From: Desulfocapsa sulfexigens DSM 10523
GTDB lineage: Bacteria; Desulfobacterota; Desulfobulbia; Desulfobulbales; Desulfocapsaceae
DNA length: 32,000 bases
Assembly (NCBI RefSeq): GCF_000341395.1
Contig: NC_020304.1
Span: 2,310,001-2,342,000, forward strand
Direction of reading: 5' to 3'
A program made the position numbers and the translations under genes. This document shows, piece after piece, positions 1 to 11,387 of this stretch (position 1 is the stretch's first letter; each line of letters begins with the position of its first letter). Below the pieces are notes generated by a model. The model searched no databases, was not told the DNA's origin, and worked only from the letters and a program-made list of their open reading frames with translations.

Positions 1-356
1 ACAAGCATATAGAAGTCATTGTTCGTCAGATGCTTAGAAGGGTACAGATAACCCATGCTGGTGATTCAAAGTTTATGATTGGTGAACAGGTCGTCTGGTG
101 GGATTTTGAAGATGAGCGTGATCGCCTTTTTGCTGAAGGGAAACAACCAGGTATGGCAGAACCACTTCTTCTAGGTGTTACCAAGGCTTCATTGTCCACT
201 GAAAGTTTTATTTCTGCTGCATCTTTTCAGGAGACCACAAAGGTTCTCACCAATGCCGCAATGCAGGGTAAAATAGATGAGTTGGTTGGCCTTAAGGAAA
301 ATGTAATCATGGGTCGGTTGATTTCTGCTGGTACGGGGCTTGGTAAAAGCTTTTAA
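1..356 (+). CDS. rpoC: DNA-directed RNA polymerase beta' subunit, C-terminal end (5'-truncated by window edge)
   Basis: The frame is open from position 3 and stops at TAA 354-356. The translation [30 protein letters not shown]...[46 protein letters not shown] matches the conserved RpoC C-terminus. Its position upstream of rpsL is canonical. Confidence 0.9.
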   Translation, partial: KHIEVIVRQMLRRVQITHAGDSKFMIGEQVVWWDFEDERDRLFAEGKQPGMAEPLLLGVTKASLSTESFISAASFQETTKVLTNAAMQGKIDELVGLKENVIMGRLISAGTGLGKSF

Positions 357-435
357 TTAAAGAGAGGGGAGTGATCAATGCCTGATTGGCCCCCTCTTCG
401 AAGGATGTATTTGATAAAAATAAATCTCTTTCTGC

Positions 436-464
436 TTGACACTGTTTGACGGATAGAGTATTTA
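436..464 (+). promoter_or_regulatory. Candidate sigma70-type promoter for the str operon
   Basis: TTGACA at 436-441, a 17-nt spacer, then TATTTA at 459-464, about 95 nt upstream of the rpsL ATG. This is a motif match only. Confidence 0.35.
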
Positions 465-557
465 TTGTCCCTTTCGTGCTCGGCAAACTTACTAGTAGCC
501 TTGTGTGATGAATAATTAACGACATTCCAATATATGTGAACAGGAGCAGTAAAGATA

Positions 558-929
558 ATGCCAACAATTAATCAGCTCATTCGGCAGGGCAGAAAAAAAC
601 AGGTAAAAAAGAGCCTTACTCCGGCACTAAAAGGTGCGCCTCAAAAACGTGGAGTGTGTGTGCGTGTATATACTACAACTCCAAAGAAGCCCAACTCGGC
701 TCTACGTAAAGTGGCAAGGGTTCGGTTGACAAACGGAATTGAGGTCACTTCTTATATTCCTGGTATTGGCCATAATCTACAGGAGCATTCTGTTGTTCTG
801 ATTCGTGGGGGCCGTGTGAAGGATCTTCCTGGTGTTCGTTATCATGTTATTCGTGGTACTCTCGATACTCTGGGTGTCTCTGACAGACGCAAGGGTCGTT
901 CCAAATATGGCGCGAAGCGTCCGAAATAA
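558..929 (+). CDS. rpsL: 30S ribosomal protein S12
   Basis: 123 aa. Motifs [26 protein letters not shown] and [18 protein letters not shown] lies upstream. Confidence 0.97.
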   Translation: MPTINQLIRQGRKKQVKKSLTPALKGAPQKRGVCVRVYTTTPKKPNSALRKVARVRLTNGIEVTSYIPGIGHNLQEHSVVLIRGGRVKDLPGVRYHVIRGTLDTLGVSDRRKGRSKYGAKRPK

Positions 930-959
930 GCTGAACCTGGATAGTGATAGAGGAAAACA

Positions 960-1433
960 ATGCCACGTAGAAAAATAGTAGAAAAAAGAAAAGTCAGTCC
1001 TGATCCACGTTTTAATTCCGTTTTGGTTTCAAAATTCACCAACGGTATAATGGAGCAGGGAAAAAAATCCATTGCCATGCGAATATTCTATGATGCGATG
1101 GATATAGTAGAATCTAAAGTACCTGATGAAGATCCTCTTACCATATTTGAAGAGGCAATGGATAAGGTGCGGCCAAAGGTTGAGGTGAAGTCTCGACGCG
1201 TTGGTGGTGCGACCTATCAGGTTCCGATGGAAGTTCGTCAGGTTCGCCGTAATGCGCTGGCTATTCGCTGGATCATTGGTTTCGCAAAGGCAAGATCAGG
1301 AAAGTCTATGTCTGATAAGCTTGCAGCTGAATTGCTTGATGCCTATAATGATCGAGGCGCTGCGGTGAAGAAACGTGACGATACTCATCGTATGGCCGAG
1401 GCTAACAAAGCTTTTGCTCACTATCGCTGGTAG
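960..1433 (+). CDS. rpsG: 30S ribosomal protein S7
   Basis: 157 aa. Motifs [16 protein letters not shown] and [15 protein letters not shown]. Follows rpsL as in str operons. Confidence 0.97.
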   Translation: MPRRKIVEKRKVSPDPRFNSVLVSKFTNGIMEQGKKSIAMRIFYDAMDIVESKVPDEDPLTIFEEAMDKVRPKVEVKSRRVGGATYQVPMEVRQVRRNALAIRWIIGFAKARSGKSMSDKLAAELLDAYNDRGAAVKKRDDTHRMAEANKAFAHYRW

Positions 1434-1474
1434 GTAGTGCGTTACAATTTTAATCTGTTTTGTTGTGTTAGCTG

Positions 1475-3553
1475 ATGGCTGATAAAGAAAGTCTTTCCGA
1501 TGTGCGCAATATTGGTATAATGGCCCATATTGACGCTGGGAAAACTACAACAACTGAACGGATATTGTATTACACAGGCCGATCTTATAAGATTGGTGAG
1601 GTTCATGATGGTGCTGCCGTCATGGACTGGATGGAACAGGAACAGGAGCGGGGGATTACAATTACCTCTGCCGCTACAAGCTGTGCCTGGAAATCCAAAA
1701 GGATTAATATCATTGATACGCCTGGTCATGTCGATTTTACCGTTGAGGTGGAACGATCCCTGCGTGTGCTCGATGGCGCTGTGGCAGTTTTTTGTGCCGT
1801 AGGTGGTGTTGAGCCACAGTCCGAAACGGTTTGGCGACAGGCTGAAAGATACGGGATACCTCGAATAGCGTTCATCAATAAGATGGATCGGGTCGGGGCT
1901 GATTTTGATCGGGTTGTTGCAATGATGGAGAAACGACTGGGGGCAAATCCGGTTGTTCTTCAGATTCCTGTCGGAAAAGAGTCAGAGTTTGAGGGTGTTG
2001 TAGATATCATTGAAGGAAAAATGTATGCCTTTGATGAAGAGACACTTGGACAGGAAATCATAGAAAAAGATATTCCGGAAGATTACCGGAACAGATTCAC
2101 GGCCGCATATATGGTACTCATCGAGAAGTTGGCCGACTTCGATGATGGGATCATGGAAAAATTCCTTGATGATACACCTGTATCTGCGACTGAAATTTAT
2201 CGTGCCCTGCGTACTGCAACATTGAATTTGGACCTTGTGCCTGTTCTCTGTGGAAGTGCTTTTAAAAACAAAGGCATACAGCCTTTGCTGGACTCCATTG
2301 TTCAATACTTGCCATCACCACTGGATGTACCTCCGATGGTAGGTGAAGGGAAGAAGGGAGAAGAGATCAGTCGAAAAGCCGACGCAGATGAGAAACTGTC
2401 AGCACTCATTTTTAAGATAATGAGTGATACTTTTGTTGAGAATCTGGCTTTTATCCGTTTGTATTCAGGAAGACTGAAGGTTGGTGACAAGGTTTTTAAT
2501 CCTGTCAAAAAGAAGAAAGAAAAAATTGGGAAATTGATTCGTCTTCATGCCAACAAAAGAGAAGAGGTTGAAAGTCTCAAGGCTGGAGATATTGGTGCTG
2601 TAATAGGGCTTAAGTTTTCCTCTACTGGTGATACTCTTTGTGCTTCAGGTGATTACATTGTCTTGGAAAGTATGGATTTTCCAGAACCTGTAATTGGGAT
2701 TGCTATTGAAGCTAAGAGCAAGGCAGATGAAAAGAAGCTTAGCGAAACACTTGATAAGATAGCTCTTGAAGACCCCTCGTTCAGAATTGCCAAAAACGAG
2801 GACACTGGGCAGACAATTATTTCTGGAATGGGTGAACTTCATCTGGAGATCATTGTTGACAGGTTGCTTAACGAATTCAAAGTAAACGCGAACGTTGGTA
2901 AGCCTCAGGTTTCCTACAAGGAAACCATTTCTGCTGTTGCGGAAGGAGAGGGGAAGTTTGATCAACAGACCGGTGCTAAAGGTCAGTATGGTCACGTTGT
3001 TTTAAAGGTTGAGCCACTTGGAAGGTCCGAAGGGGTAGTGTTCGAGAGTCATGTGAAAGACGCTCAGATTCCTGCTCAGTTCCTTGGAGCAATCGAAAAG
3101 GGAATTCGAGACAGTCTGGACGCGGGACCACTTATAGGGTATCCGGTCACCGATTTGAAGGTCTCACTCATTGGCGGATCTTATATTGATGATGAGTCAA
3201 CAGAGATGGCTTTTGGGATTTCTTCGGCTATGGCTATACGGAGGGTAACTGCTGATGCAGAACCTATCTTGCTTGAGCCGATAATGAACATAGAGATCAC
3301 ATGTCCCGATGAGTACCTTGGAGATATGATGAACGACCTCCACTCCAAGAGAGCCAAGGTTGTTGGTGTTGAGAGTAATAATAACATACAGGTCGTAAAG
3401 GCTCATGCGCCGCTTTCGCAAATGTTTGGGTATTCGACATCATTGCGATCAGCCACACAGGGCAGGGCAAGCTTCACCATGCAGTTTGAAAAATATGACG
3501 TTGTTCCAGAAAGTAGAGCAAACGAAATTATAAGAAAAATCAGAGGAATATAG
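1475..3553 (+). CDS. fusA: Translation elongation factor G
   Basis: 692 aa. GTPase motifs [17 protein letters not shown] and NKMDR. Full EF-G domain length and canonical position. Confidence 0.97.
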   Translation: MADKESLSDVRNIGIMAHIDAGKTTTTERILYYTGRSYKIGEVHDGAAVMDWMEQEQERGITITSAATSCAWKSKRINIIDTPGHVDFTVEVERSLRVLDGAVAVFCAVGGVEPQSETVWRQAERYGIPRIAFINKMDRVGADFDRVVAMMEKRLGANPVVLQIPVGKESEFEGVVDIIEGKMYAFDEETLGQEIIEKDIPEDYRNRFTAAYMVLIEKLADFDDGIMEKFLDDTPVSATEIYRALRTATLNLDLVPVLCGSAFKNKGIQPLLDSIVQYLPSPLDVPPMVGEGKKGEEISRKADADEKLSALIFKIMSDTFVENLAFIRLYSGRLKVGDKVFNPVKKKKEKIGKLIRLHANKREEVESLKAGDIGAVIGLKFSSTGDTLCASGDYIVLESMDFPEPVIGIAIEAKSKADEKKLSETLDKIALEDPSFRIAKNEDTGQTIISGMGELHLEIIVDRLLNEFKVNANVGKPQVSYKETISAVAEGEGKFDQQTGAKGQYGHVVLKVEPLGRSEGVVFESHVKDAQIPAQFLGAIEKGIRDSLDAGPLIGYPVTDLKVSLIGGSYIDDESTEMAFGISSAMAIRRVTADAEPILLEPIMNIEITCPDEYLGDMMNDLHSKRAKVVGVESNNNIQVVKAHAPLSQMFGYSTSLRSATQGRASFTMQFEKYDVVPESRANEIIRKIRGI

Positions 3554-3576
3554 ATAGTTCATTTTGAGGGAAGGCT

Positions 3577-4767
3577 ATGTCGAAAGTAAAATTTGAAAGG
3601 ACTAAACCGCATGTCAATGTAGGTACCGTTGGTCATATTGATCATGGTAAAACCACTCTGACTGCTGCAATAACAGCTGTACAGGCAACCAAGGGATTTG
3701 CCCAGTTTACTGACTTCAGTAATATTGATAAGGCTCCAGAGGAAAAAGAGCGCGGAATTACCATCGCAACAGCTCACGTTGAGTATGAGACTGAGAATCG
3801 TCATTACGCTCATGTGGATTGTCCTGGTCATGCTGACTATATTAAAAACATGATCACAGGTGCCGCACAGATGGACGGTGCTATTCTGGTGGTTGGTGCA
3901 GATGATGGTGCCATGCCTCAGACTCGTGAGCATATCCTTCTTGCGCGTCAGGTAGGTGTTCCTGCAATTGTTGTTTTCCTCAACAAATGCGACATGGTAG
4001 ACGATGAAGAGCTTATCGAACTCGTTGAGATGGAGCTTCGTGAACTCCTGGACAAGTATGAATTTCCAGGCGATGATATTCCAATCATTCATGGCTCAGC
4101 TCTGAAGGCTCTTGAAAATCCAACGGATCCTGAAGCCGCTAAATGCATCAATGAATTGATGGAAGCCATCGATACATATATTCCTGAGCCTAAGCGTGAT
4201 GTTGATCAGCCTTTCCTTATGCCTGTCGAGGATGTTTTTTCGATTTCTGGTCGTGGTACAGTTGCCACTGGTCGAATAGAGCGTGGAATCGTCCATGTTG
4301 GTGATGAGATAGAGATAGTAGGAATTAAAGATACCGTGAAGACCACCTGTACCGGTGTTGAGATGTTCCGAAAACTGCTTGATGAAGGTCAGGCTGGTGA
4401 TAATATTGGTGCTCTTCTTCGTGGCGTGAAACGTGAAGACATTGAGCGTGGACAAGTTCTCGCGAAGCCAGGTAGCATTAAGCCGCACACCAGTTTCAAG
4501 GCGGAGTGTTACATACTTGGAAAAGATGAGGGCGGACGTCATACCCCATTCTTTAACGGATATCGTCCTCAGTTTTATTTCAGAACAACTGACGTAACAG
4601 GCGTTATAACCCTCCCCGAGGGAGTTGAGATGGTAATGCCTGGTGACAACGTTCATGTTGTAGGCGAGCTTATCACCCCGATTGCAATGGATGTCGGTCT
4701 TCGTTTTGCTATCCGTGAGGGTGGTAGAACCGTCGGTGCCGGTGTTGTAAGTGAAATCATCGAATAA
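3577..4767 (+). CDS. tuf: Translation elongation factor Tu
   Basis: 396 aa. Motifs [22 protein letters not shown] and GGRHTPF. Confidence 0.98.
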   Translation: MSKVKFERTKPHVNVGTVGHIDHGKTTLTAAITAVQATKGFAQFTDFSNIDKAPEEKERGITIATAHVEYETENRHYAHVDCPGHADYIKNMITGAAQMDGAILVVGADDGAMPQTREHILLARQVGVPAIVVFLNKCDMVDDEELIELVEMELRELLDKYEFPGDDIPIIHGSALKALENPTDPEAAKCINELMEAIDTYIPEPKRDVDQPFLMPVEDVFSISGRGTVATGRIERGIVHVGDEIEIVGIKDTVKTTCTGVEMFRKLLDEGQAGDNIGALLRGVKREDIERGQVLAKPGSIKPHTSFKAECYILGKDEGGRHTPFFNGYRPQFYFRTTDVTGVITLPEGVEMVMPGDNVHVVGELITPIAMDVGLRFAIREGGRTVGAGVVSEIIE

Positions 4768-4775
4768 GGAAGATC

Positions 4776-5090
4776 ATGATACCTGCAGATAAAATTCGTA
4801 TTCGCCTCAAGGCGTATGACCATAAATTACTTGATCTCTCCACTCACGAGATAGTTGAGACCGCACGACGTACCGGAGCTGCTGTTGCAGGTCCGATTCC
4901 TCTGCCAACCTCAATCAACAAATTCTGTGTCCTTCGGTCGCCACATGTTGATAAAAAATCCAGGGAGCAGTTTGAGATGAGAACCCACCGTCGCCTTATA
5001 GACATTCTGGAGCCCACCCAGCAGACTATTGATCTGTTGATGAAGCTTGAATTGTCTGCAGGTGTTGATGTGGAGATTAAACTGCCATAG
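4776..5090 (+). CDS. rpsJ: 30S ribosomal protein S10
   Basis: 104 aa. Motifs [14 protein letters not shown] and [18 protein letters not shown]. The start is only 8 nt after the tuf stop. Confidence 0.97.
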   Translation: MIPADKIRIRLKAYDHKLLDLSTHEIVETARRTGAAVAGPIPLPTSINKFCVLRSPHVDKKSREQFEMRTHRRLIDILEPTQQTIDLLMKLELSAGVDVEIKLP

Positions 5091-5135
5091 CGAGTTTTTT
5101 TTAATCGCTTAATTTGAAGATGTATAGGTAAAATT

Positions 5136-5765
5136 ATGCCGAAAACAATGGGTTTATTAGGTAAGAAGATAGGTATGACCCGCGTATATAACGATATTGG
5201 AGCAGTTATCCCAGTAACCGTTATAGAAGCAGGGCCCTGTAAAATACTTCAGGTCAAATCAGAAGCTACTGATGGTTACAATGCAATTCAGGTAGGTTTT
5301 GGTGACAAGAAAGCTCAGAGAGTTAACAAACCTCTTGCTGGACATTTTAAGAAGGCCGAAAGTGACGGCTTTTATAATATCCGTGAATTTAGAGTTTCCA
5401 GTGCTGCTGAATATCAAATAGGTCAGGATATCACCCTCAGCGAATTATTCAAAATTGGTGATACCATCGACGTGCAGGGTGTTTCTCAAGGGAAAGGGTT
5501 TCAAGGCGTTATGAAACGCCATGGCTTTAAGGGTGGTCCAGGTGGCCATGGTTCAAACTTTCATCGTGCACCAGGATCGATTGGTTGTAGTGCCTGGCCT
5601 GGAAGAGTTGTCAAGGGAAAGAAGTTACCAGGTCGAATGGGTAATGATACTGTTTTGAAAAAAAATGTGCTGGTCATAGACGTTCGTGATGATGACAATC
5701 TTATCATTGTCAAAGGTCCAGTTCCTGGGGCCAAGCAAGGTCTTTTGAAGCTTTTTAGCAAGTAA
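5136..5765 (+). CDS. rplC: 50S ribosomal protein L3
   Basis: 209 aa. Motifs GKKIGMTRV and GKGFQGVMKRHGFKGGPGGHGS. Confidence 0.97.
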   Translation: MPKTMGLLGKKIGMTRVYNDIGAVIPVTVIEAGPCKILQVKSEATDGYNAIQVGFGDKKAQRVNKPLAGHFKKAESDGFYNIREFRVSSAAEYQIGQDITLSELFKIGDTIDVQGVSQGKGFQGVMKRHGFKGGPGGHGSNFHRAPGSIGCSAWPGRVVKGKKLPGRMGNDTVLKKNVLVIDVRDDDNLIIVKGPVPGAKQGLLKLFSK

Positions 5766-5803
5766 TCAGCCATTAAGTGACTTATCGGTTTAGGGAGTAA
5801 ATA

Positions 5804-6427
5804 ATGTCCACCGTAGATATAGTAAATACCAGCAACGAAAAAGTTGGTGAGATTGAGCTGAATGCTGATGTGTTCGATCTGACAGTCAAAGAGCATCTGC
5901 TCCATGATGTAGTTCGTATGCAACGTGCCGCAAAGCGTGCCGGTAATGCCAGCACAAAAACTCGAAGAGAGGTTCGTGGTGGTGGTGCCAAACCTTGGAA
6001 GCAAAAGGGAACAGGACGGGCACGTGCTGGTACCAGAAACTCTCCTATATGGAGAGGAGGTGGTGTCACCTTCGGTCCAAAACCCCGCGATTATAGTTTC
6101 AAACTTAACCGCAAAGTAAAACAACAGGCACTCGCGATGGCTATGAGTGCAAGGTTGCAGGAAGGCAATTTAGTAGTAATTGATGATTTTATCATGGATG
6201 CAATCAAGACAAAAAACTTCGTTGGAATTATGAAGGGTTTTGATTTTGAAAACTGTCTCGTTGTCACTGAGGGAAACTACGAAAACGTAAACAAGTCAGC
6301 TCGCAATGCCAATGGATTTAAGGTCCTGCCTGTTGAAGGGTTGAATGTTTATGACATCTTGCTGCACAAGAAACTTATGCTGCTTAAACCAGCAGTGGAA
6401 AGTCTTGAGAAGAGGTTAACCGCATGA
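5804..6427 (+). CDS. rplD: 50S ribosomal protein L4
   Basis: 207 aa. Motif RGGGAKPWKQKGTGRARAGTRNSPIWRGGGVTFGP. Confidence 0.95.
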   Translation: MSTVDIVNTSNEKVGEIELNADVFDLTVKEHLLHDVVRMQRAAKRAGNASTKTRREVRGGGAKPWKQKGTGRARAGTRNSPIWRGGGVTFGPKPRDYSFKLNRKVKQQALAMAMSARLQEGNLVVIDDFIMDAIKTKNFVGIMKGFDFENCLVVTEGNYENVNKSARNANGFKVLPVEGLNVYDILLHKKLMLLKPAVESLEKRLTA

Positions 6428-6711
6428 TAAATGATCATAGAATTCTTAGGGGTCCGTTACTCACTGAAAAGGCTAATATTCAACTTGATGTTGATGGAAA
6501 GGTTGTTTTCAAAGTAGATCCTAAAGCAAACAAAATTGAAATTAAAAAGGCTGTAGAGAAAATGTTTGATGTCAAAGTTAAGCACGTTCATACTACTAAT
6601 ATGCATGGCAAACAGAAACGCGTAGGACGCTTCACCGGCTTTACCAACGACTGGAAAAAAGCATACGTGACTTTGTCTGAAGGTGAGATTAATTTTGCAG
6701 ACCAACTGTAA
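6424..6711 (+). CDS. rplW: 50S ribosomal protein L23
   Basis: 95 aa. ATGA start/stop overlap with rplD. L23-like segments LTEKA...VFKVDP.ANK.EIKKAVEKMF.VKV. Canonical order. Confidence 0.95.
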   Translation: MINDHRILRGPLLTEKANIQLDVDGKVVFKVDPKANKIEIKKAVEKMFDVKVKHVHTTNMHGKQKRVGRFTGFTNDWKKAYVTLSEGEINFADQL

Positions 6712-6800
6712 AATTTATTGAACAATTACGGATCTCAGCTAAGCAACACTACAGTGTAGCTATCAATCCAAATTAGCGTTGATGGAGCGATTAGATAATC

Positions 6801-7622
6801 ATGACAATTAAGAAATTCAAACCCACATCACCTGGTAAACGACACCATGTGGCAATTAAAAATTCAGAACTGTCTCAAAATGGTCCTGAAAAAAGTTTAC
6901 TTGCACCTTTGTCAAAATCTGGTGGTCGAAATAATTACGGAAGAATAACCTCTCGTCACATAGGTGGCGGTCACAAACGTAAATATCGTATTATTGATTT
7001 CAAACGCAATAAAATTGATATCGCGGCAAAGGTTATTTCAATCGAATACGACCCTAATAGATCAGCAAATATTGCCTTGCTCTCTTATCTCGATGGTCAG
7101 AAAACATATATTCTTGCTCCTTCGGGAATTGCAGTGGGAGATCAGGTTATAGCTGGCGACAGTGTAGACATAAAGCCTGGTAACTGTCTTCCAATGATGA
7201 ATATACCGCTTGGTACTGTTATTCATAACATTGAAATGAAGATAGGAAAAGGTGGACAGCTTGTTAGAAGTGCAGGCGTTTCTGCACAGCTTATGGCAAA
7301 AGAGGGCACCTACGTGCTCGTCAGACTGCCATCTGGAGAGGTTCGTAAATTCCATCGACTCTGTCGTGCCTGTATAGGAAAAGTCGGTAATCACGAGCAT
7401 GAAAGCCAGAAGCTTGGAAAAGCCGGTCGTACGCGCTGGATGGGAAAACGTCCGCATGTACGAGGTGTTGCCATGAACCCTGTAGATCATCCTATGGGTG
7501 GTGGTGAGGGGAAGAGCTCTGGTGGTCGTCATCCGTGTACGCCATGGGGATACCCAACTAAGGGGTACAAGACCAGAAAGAATACCGAGTCTGACAAATA
7601 CATTGTCAAGAAAAGACGTTAA
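6801..7622 (+). CDS. rplB: 50S ribosomal protein L2
   Basis: 273 aa. Motifs [29 protein letters not shown] and [14 protein letters not shown]. Confidence 0.97.
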   Translation: MTIKKFKPTSPGKRHHVAIKNSELSQNGPEKSLLAPLSKSGGRNNYGRITSRHIGGGHKRKYRIIDFKRNKIDIAAKVISIEYDPNRSANIALLSYLDGQKTYILAPSGIAVGDQVIAGDSVDIKPGNCLPMMNIPLGTVIHNIEMKIGKGGQLVRSAGVSAQLMAKEGTYVLVRLPSGEVRKFHRLCRACIGKVGNHEHESQKLGKAGRTRWMGKRPHVRGVAMNPVDHPMGGGEGKSSGGRHPCTPWGYPTKGYKTRKNTESDKYIVKKRR

Positions 7623-7637
7623 TTAAGAGGAATAGCT

Positions 7638-7913
7638 ATGGCTCGTTCAGTCAAAAAAGGACCCTTTATCGATGATCACCTTCAAAGGAAGGTTGATGCT
7701 GCAGTTGAAGGCGGATCCCGGAAGGTTATAAAAACATGGTCCAGAAGATCCGATATCTCTCCGGAGATGGTTGGGTTAACCTTTGCTGTTCATAACGGCA
7801 AAAAATTTATTCCGGTCTTTGTATCAGAAAACATGGTTGGTCATAAACTCGGTGAGTTTTCTCCTACCAGAACTTTTTATGGCCATGCTTCTGATAAAAA
7901 AGGACGTAAGTAA
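7638..7913 (+). CDS. rpsS: 30S ribosomal protein S19
   Basis: 91 aa. Motifs [10 protein letters not shown] and [16 protein letters not shown]. Confidence 0.97.
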   Translation: MARSVKKGPFIDDHLQRKVDAAVEGGSRKVIKTWSRRSDISPEMVGLTFAVHNGKKFIPVFVSENMVGHKLGEFSPTRTFYGHASDKKGRK

Positions 7914-7956
7914 ATATTAAAAAAGATTTCGATAAGGTTCACTAGGAGTAAATACT

Positions 7957-8289
7957 ATGGAAGCTCGTGCCGTAGGGAGACGTATTAGGATCTCCCCTCA
8001 GAAAGCTAGACTCGTTGCTGACGTGGTTCGGGGAATGGGCGTTGATAAAGCGATTACCACTCTCAGGTTCATGCCAAAAAAAGGTGCGTCAATATTGAGA
8101 AAGGTCATCGAATCCGCCGTTGCCAATGCAACCCAGGACGACCAGATTGATGTTGATAATCTTTATGTAAAAACTGTATTCATTGACGGTGGACCTTCTT
8201 TTAAAAGAATCCGACCCCGCGCAATGGGACGGGCGACATCAATTATTAAACGTACAAGTCATATAACAGTAGTGCTTGATGAAAATTAA
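7957..8289 (+). CDS. rplV: 50S ribosomal protein L22
   Basis: 110 aa. Motifs RISPQKARLVADVVRG and SHITVVL. Confidence 0.96.
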   Translation: MEARAVGRRIRISPQKARLVADVVRGMGVDKAITTLRFMPKKGASILRKVIESAVANATQDDQIDVDNLYVKTVFIDGGPSFKRIRPRAMGRATSIIKRTSHITVVLDEN

Positions 8290-8372
8290 TACTTTACTTT
8301 ATCAGCAGTAATGGGTATGACTCACAATTTTTTTATTTTTATATAGCTTAAGCGTATTGCTGGAGGATTATT

Positions 8373-9023
8373 TTGGGGCAGAAAGTTAACCCACTAGGGT
8401 TCAGACTTGGAATAACTCGGACATGGGATTCAATTTGGTATGCCAATAAGGACTACTCACTTAATCTCATTGAAGATCAGAAAATTAGAAAGTTTCTTAA
8501 GAAACGTCTTCAACACGCCGCTCTTTCCAAAATCATCCTTGAGCGCACTGGAGAAAAAGTTCGTGTGAAACTTTTCACCGCTCGACCTGGTATAATTATT
8601 GGGAAGAAGGGTTCGGAAATTGAGCTTCTAAAGAAAGAGCTCGAGAAAATTATCAACCGTAAGGCTGTTATAGATATTCAGGAAGTTCGACGTCCTGAGG
8701 CTGACGCACAGCTGGTCGCAGAAAATATTGCTCAACAGCTTGTTCGAAGAGTTGCCTTCAGACGAGCAATGAAAAAATCGGTCAATTCTGCTCTCAGGTT
8801 CGGAGTCAAAGGTATCAAGATTTCCTGCTCTGGTCGTCTCGGTGGTGCTGAGATGTCTCGTTGTGAGTGGGTTCGTGAGGGGCGCGTTCCGCTTCACACG
8901 CTTCGTGCTGATGTAGACTATGCCTTGGCAGAGGCGAATACCACTTATGGTATTATCGGTATCAAAGTATGGATTTTTAAGGGTGAGGTTCTGAACGATA
9001 AGGATTCTCCCGCTGAAATATAG
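8373..9023 (+). CDS. rpsC: 30S ribosomal protein S3
   Basis: 216 aa. TTG start at 8373 preceded by GGAGG (8362-8366). Conserved N-terminus [13 protein letters not shown] and KH-domain segment GKKGSEIE. Confidence 0.96.
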   Translation: MGQKVNPLGFRLGITRTWDSIWYANKDYSLNLIEDQKIRKFLKKRLQHAALSKIILERTGEKVRVKLFTARPGIIIGKKGSEIELLKKELEKIINRKAVIDIQEVRRPEADAQLVAENIAQQLVRRVAFRRAMKKSVNSALRFGVKGIKISCSGRLGGAEMSRCEWVREGRVPLHTLRADVDYALAEANTTYGIIGIKVWIFKGEVLNDKDSPAEI

Positions 9024-9071
9024 TGAGAGCGTTCCCCCCAGGAAATCCATTATTAATATTGGAGTTTAAGA

Positions 9072-9488
9072 ATGTTAAGTCCTAAAAAGGTCAAACATAG
9101 AAAAGTCTTTACAGGAAAAAATAGAGGCAAGGCACAACGTGGCTCTACCATTTCCTTTGGTGAATATGCCCTTAAGGCTGTTGAAAGGGGTAAAATGACC
9201 GCTCAACAGATTGAAGCTGCGCGTATTGCCATAAACAGAAAAATTAAGCGTGGAGGACAAGTTTGGATCCGTGTCTTCCCTGACAAACCAGTTACCAAAA
9301 AACCAGCTGAAACACGTATGGGAAAAGGTAAAGGAAGTCCTGAATATTGGGTTGCAGTTACAAAACCCGGAAAAATTATTTACGAACTGGCAGGAGTTGA
9401 TGAAGAGCTGGCCATTAAAGCTCTCACTCTTGCGGGCGCCAAACTGCCGTTTAAGACAAAGGTTATCACTAAGAGGAGCACACTATGA
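9072..9488 (+). CDS. rplP: 50S ribosomal protein L16
   Basis: 138 aa. Motifs [11 protein letters not shown] and [15 protein letters not shown]. Confidence 0.97.
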   Translation: MLSPKKVKHRKVFTGKNRGKAQRGSTISFGEYALKAVERGKMTAQQIEAARIAINRKIKRGGQVWIRVFPDKPVTKKPAETRMGKGKGSPEYWVAVTKPGKIIYELAGVDEELAIKALTLAGAKLPFKTKVITKRSTL

Positions 9489-9667
9489 AAATGTCAGAAT
9501 TGCGCTCTATGTCTGAAGATGATCTTCAGAAGAAGCTGGTCGAAATGAAGGAAGAAATTTCTAATCTTTCATTTCAACATAAGATCAGACCTCTTGAGAA
9601 TACTTCGGTTTTGAAACAGCTCCGGAAGGATATTGCACGCATTAATACTCTTTTTAACGAGAATTAG
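9485..9667 (+). CDS. rpmC: 50S ribosomal protein L29
   Basis: 60 aa. ATGA overlap with rplP. L29-like helical sequence [27 protein letters not shown]. Canonical position. Confidence 0.93.
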   Translation: MKMSELRSMSEDDLQKKLVEMKEEISNLSFQHKIRPLENTSVLKQLRKDIARINTLFNEN

Positions 9668-9734
9668 AGAAAAGCCTGCAAAATTTGTTTCCTAGCCGAA
9701 GTAGAAAATTATTCTAACTCGAATTGTGTTAATC

Positions 9735-9998
9735 ATGAGTGAAATAAAAAAAATAAAGAAGACCAGAACTGGTACTGTTGTCAGTAACAGTATGGAGAAA
9801 AGTATAGTTGTTCGTGTAGAACGAAAGGTACGTCACAAACTCTATGGTAAATATATTAAAAAGAGTGTGAAATATCTTGCCGATGACCCTGAGAACAACT
9901 GTAACATTGGCGATATTGTCAAGATAGAAGAATGTCGGCCACTGAGTAAGAAAAAGCGGTGGCGGTTAAGAGATATCATTCGCGAAGCTGTTGTATAA
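9735..9998 (+). CDS. rpsQ: 30S ribosomal protein S17
   Basis: Motif [29 protein letters not shown] prefer ATG 9735 (87 aa) over the ORF-track GTG 9726. Neither start has a clear SD, so the start is uncertain by 9 nt. Confidence 0.92.
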   Translation: MSEIKKIKKTRTGTVVSNSMEKSIVVRVERKVRHKLYGKYIKKSVKYLADDPENNCNIGDIVKIEECRPLSKKKRWRLRDIIREAVV

Positions 9999-10057
9999 TC
10001 AGCCTAGAATTACTCCATTTTTTTTGAAATGCAACTGATTAATAATCAGGTGAAATT

Positions 10058-10426
10058 ATGATACAAAGTGAAAGTGTTCTGAATGTTGCAGACAATTCAG
10101 GAGCTAAAAAGCTACTCTGCATTAGAGTTCTTGGTGGTACCAGAAAGAGATATGCATCCATAGGTGATGTTATTGTTGGTACCGTTAAAGAAGCAATGCC
10201 GAATGCGAAAGTGAAAAAAGGTGATGTTGTTAAAGCAGTTATTGTTCGTACGGTTAAAGAGATGAAACGTATGGATGATACCTGGGTTAAGTTTGATGAG
10301 AATGCAGCGGTTATCCTCTCTGGAACCGGTGATCCCGTCGGAACACGAATTTTCGGACCTGTGGCAAGAGAGCTACGTAACCAGGGATTTATGAAAATTG
10401 TCTCCCTGGCCCCCGAAGTTTTATAA
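10058..10426 (+). CDS. rplN: 50S ribosomal protein L14
   Basis: 122 aa. Motif [27 protein letters not shown]. Confidence 0.97.
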   Translation: MIQSESVLNVADNSGAKKLLCIRVLGGTRKRYASIGDVIVGTVKEAMPNAKVKKGDVVKAVIVRTVKEMKRMDDTWVKFDENAAVILSGTGDPVGTRIFGPVARELRNQGFMKIVSLAPEVL

Positions 10427-10479
10427 TACGTTTTAAGCAACCCATCATATATGGTGCGGTTGAACAAAAGGTGCTGAAA

Positions 10480-10812
10480 ATGGCAAAGGGACAAACATAC
10501 CTGAGAAAAAATGACCAGGTAGAAGTAATTGCAGGCAAGGATAAGGGAAGAGTTGGTAAAATTCTGAATGTCTTTCCTGATAAAGATAATGCTCTGGTTG
10601 AACGTATCAATATGGTAAAGCGTCATACCAAGGGTACTGAAATGAACCAGCAGGGACAAATCATTAATCGAGAAGCGCCGATTCATGTATCTAATTTGCA
10701 GTTGATATGTCCAGAATGTACTAAAACTGGACGGATTGGCAAAAAATTCTTAGAAGATGGAACAAAGGTACGCTTTTGTAAGAGCTGCGGCGAGTCCATC
10801 GAAAGCAAATAG
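10480..10812 (+). CDS. rplX: 50S ribosomal protein L24 (Cys4 zinc-ribbon form)
   Basis: KOW motif [18 protein letters not shown] prefer ATG 10480 (AAGGTG lies 7 nt upstream) over the ORF-track GTG 10471. The C-terminal part carries CPEC...CKSC. Confidence 0.93.
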   Translation: MAKGQTYLRKNDQVEVIAGKDKGRVGKILNVFPDKDNALVERINMVKRHTKGTEMNQQGQIINREAPIHVSNLQLICPECTKTGRIGKKFLEDGTKVRFCKSCGESIESK

Positions 10813-10847
10813 TAAAAGGTTAATATGGCTGTTGCCAGGAGTAGCAA

Positions 10848-11387
10848 ATGGGTTCGCTGAAAGAGCACTATATAAATGAATGTAGACCAGCATTGCAAAA
10901 TGAGTTTGGGTATACCAATGTTATGCAGATCCCAAAGATCGAAAAGATCATCTTAAACATGGGACTTGGTGAGGCCGTGCAGAATCCTAAGATTATTGAT
11001 GGAGCTGTAGATGAACTCACCAATATCGCTGGACGCAAAGCAGTTGTAACAAAAGCAAAAAAATCAATCGCTGGCTTTAAGTTACGCGAAGGCATGCCAA
11101 TTGGTTGTCGAGTAACCCTTCGCGGCGATGTAATGTACGATTTCTTTAGCAAGCTTGTTAATATAGCTTTACCAAGGGTACGTGATTTCCGTGGAATTTC
11201 ACCCAAATCTTTTGATGGACGTGGTAATTTTTCTATGGGTGTAAAAGAACAGATCATTTTTCCAGAAATCGATTACGATAAAATTGATAAGATTAAAGGC
11301 TTAAACATTAGTATTGTAACTACTGCCTCAACGGATAAAGAAGGCCTTAGCCTTCTTAAAAGTCTGGGAATGCCCTTTAAAGGTTAA
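10848..11387 (+). CDS. rplE: 50S ribosomal protein L5
   Basis: 179 aa. Motifs LKEHY...[24 protein letters not shown] and [10 protein letters not shown]. Confidence 0.97.
   Translation: MGSLKEHYINECRPALQNEFGYTNVMQIPKIEKIILNMGLGEAVQNPKIIDGAVDELTNIAGRKAVVTKAKKSIAGFKLREGMPIGCRVTLRGDVMYDFFSKLVNIALPRVRDFRGISPKSFDGRGNFSMGVKEQIIFPEIDYDKIDKIKGLNISIVTTASTDKEGLSLLKSLGMPFKG

Noticed and set aside
361-398. A stem-loop after rpoC as a possible Rho-independent terminator.
   Set aside because: The stem is only about 7 bp, the loop about 21 nt, and there is no U tract. This is insufficient for a terminator call.
3559-6124. Antisense ORFs of 177, 186 and 187 aa (3559-4092, 4096-4656, 5561-6124, minus strand).
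   Set aside because: They lie opposite tuf, rplC and rplD, which are unambiguous. I see no SD, no motifs and no independent intergenic space.
10039-10686. A 215-aa ORF on the minus strand, the longest antisense ORF in the window.
   Set aside because: It lies entirely antisense to the strongly supported rplN and rplX. The sequence is low-complexity and I recognise no motifs. It is a typical shadow ORF.
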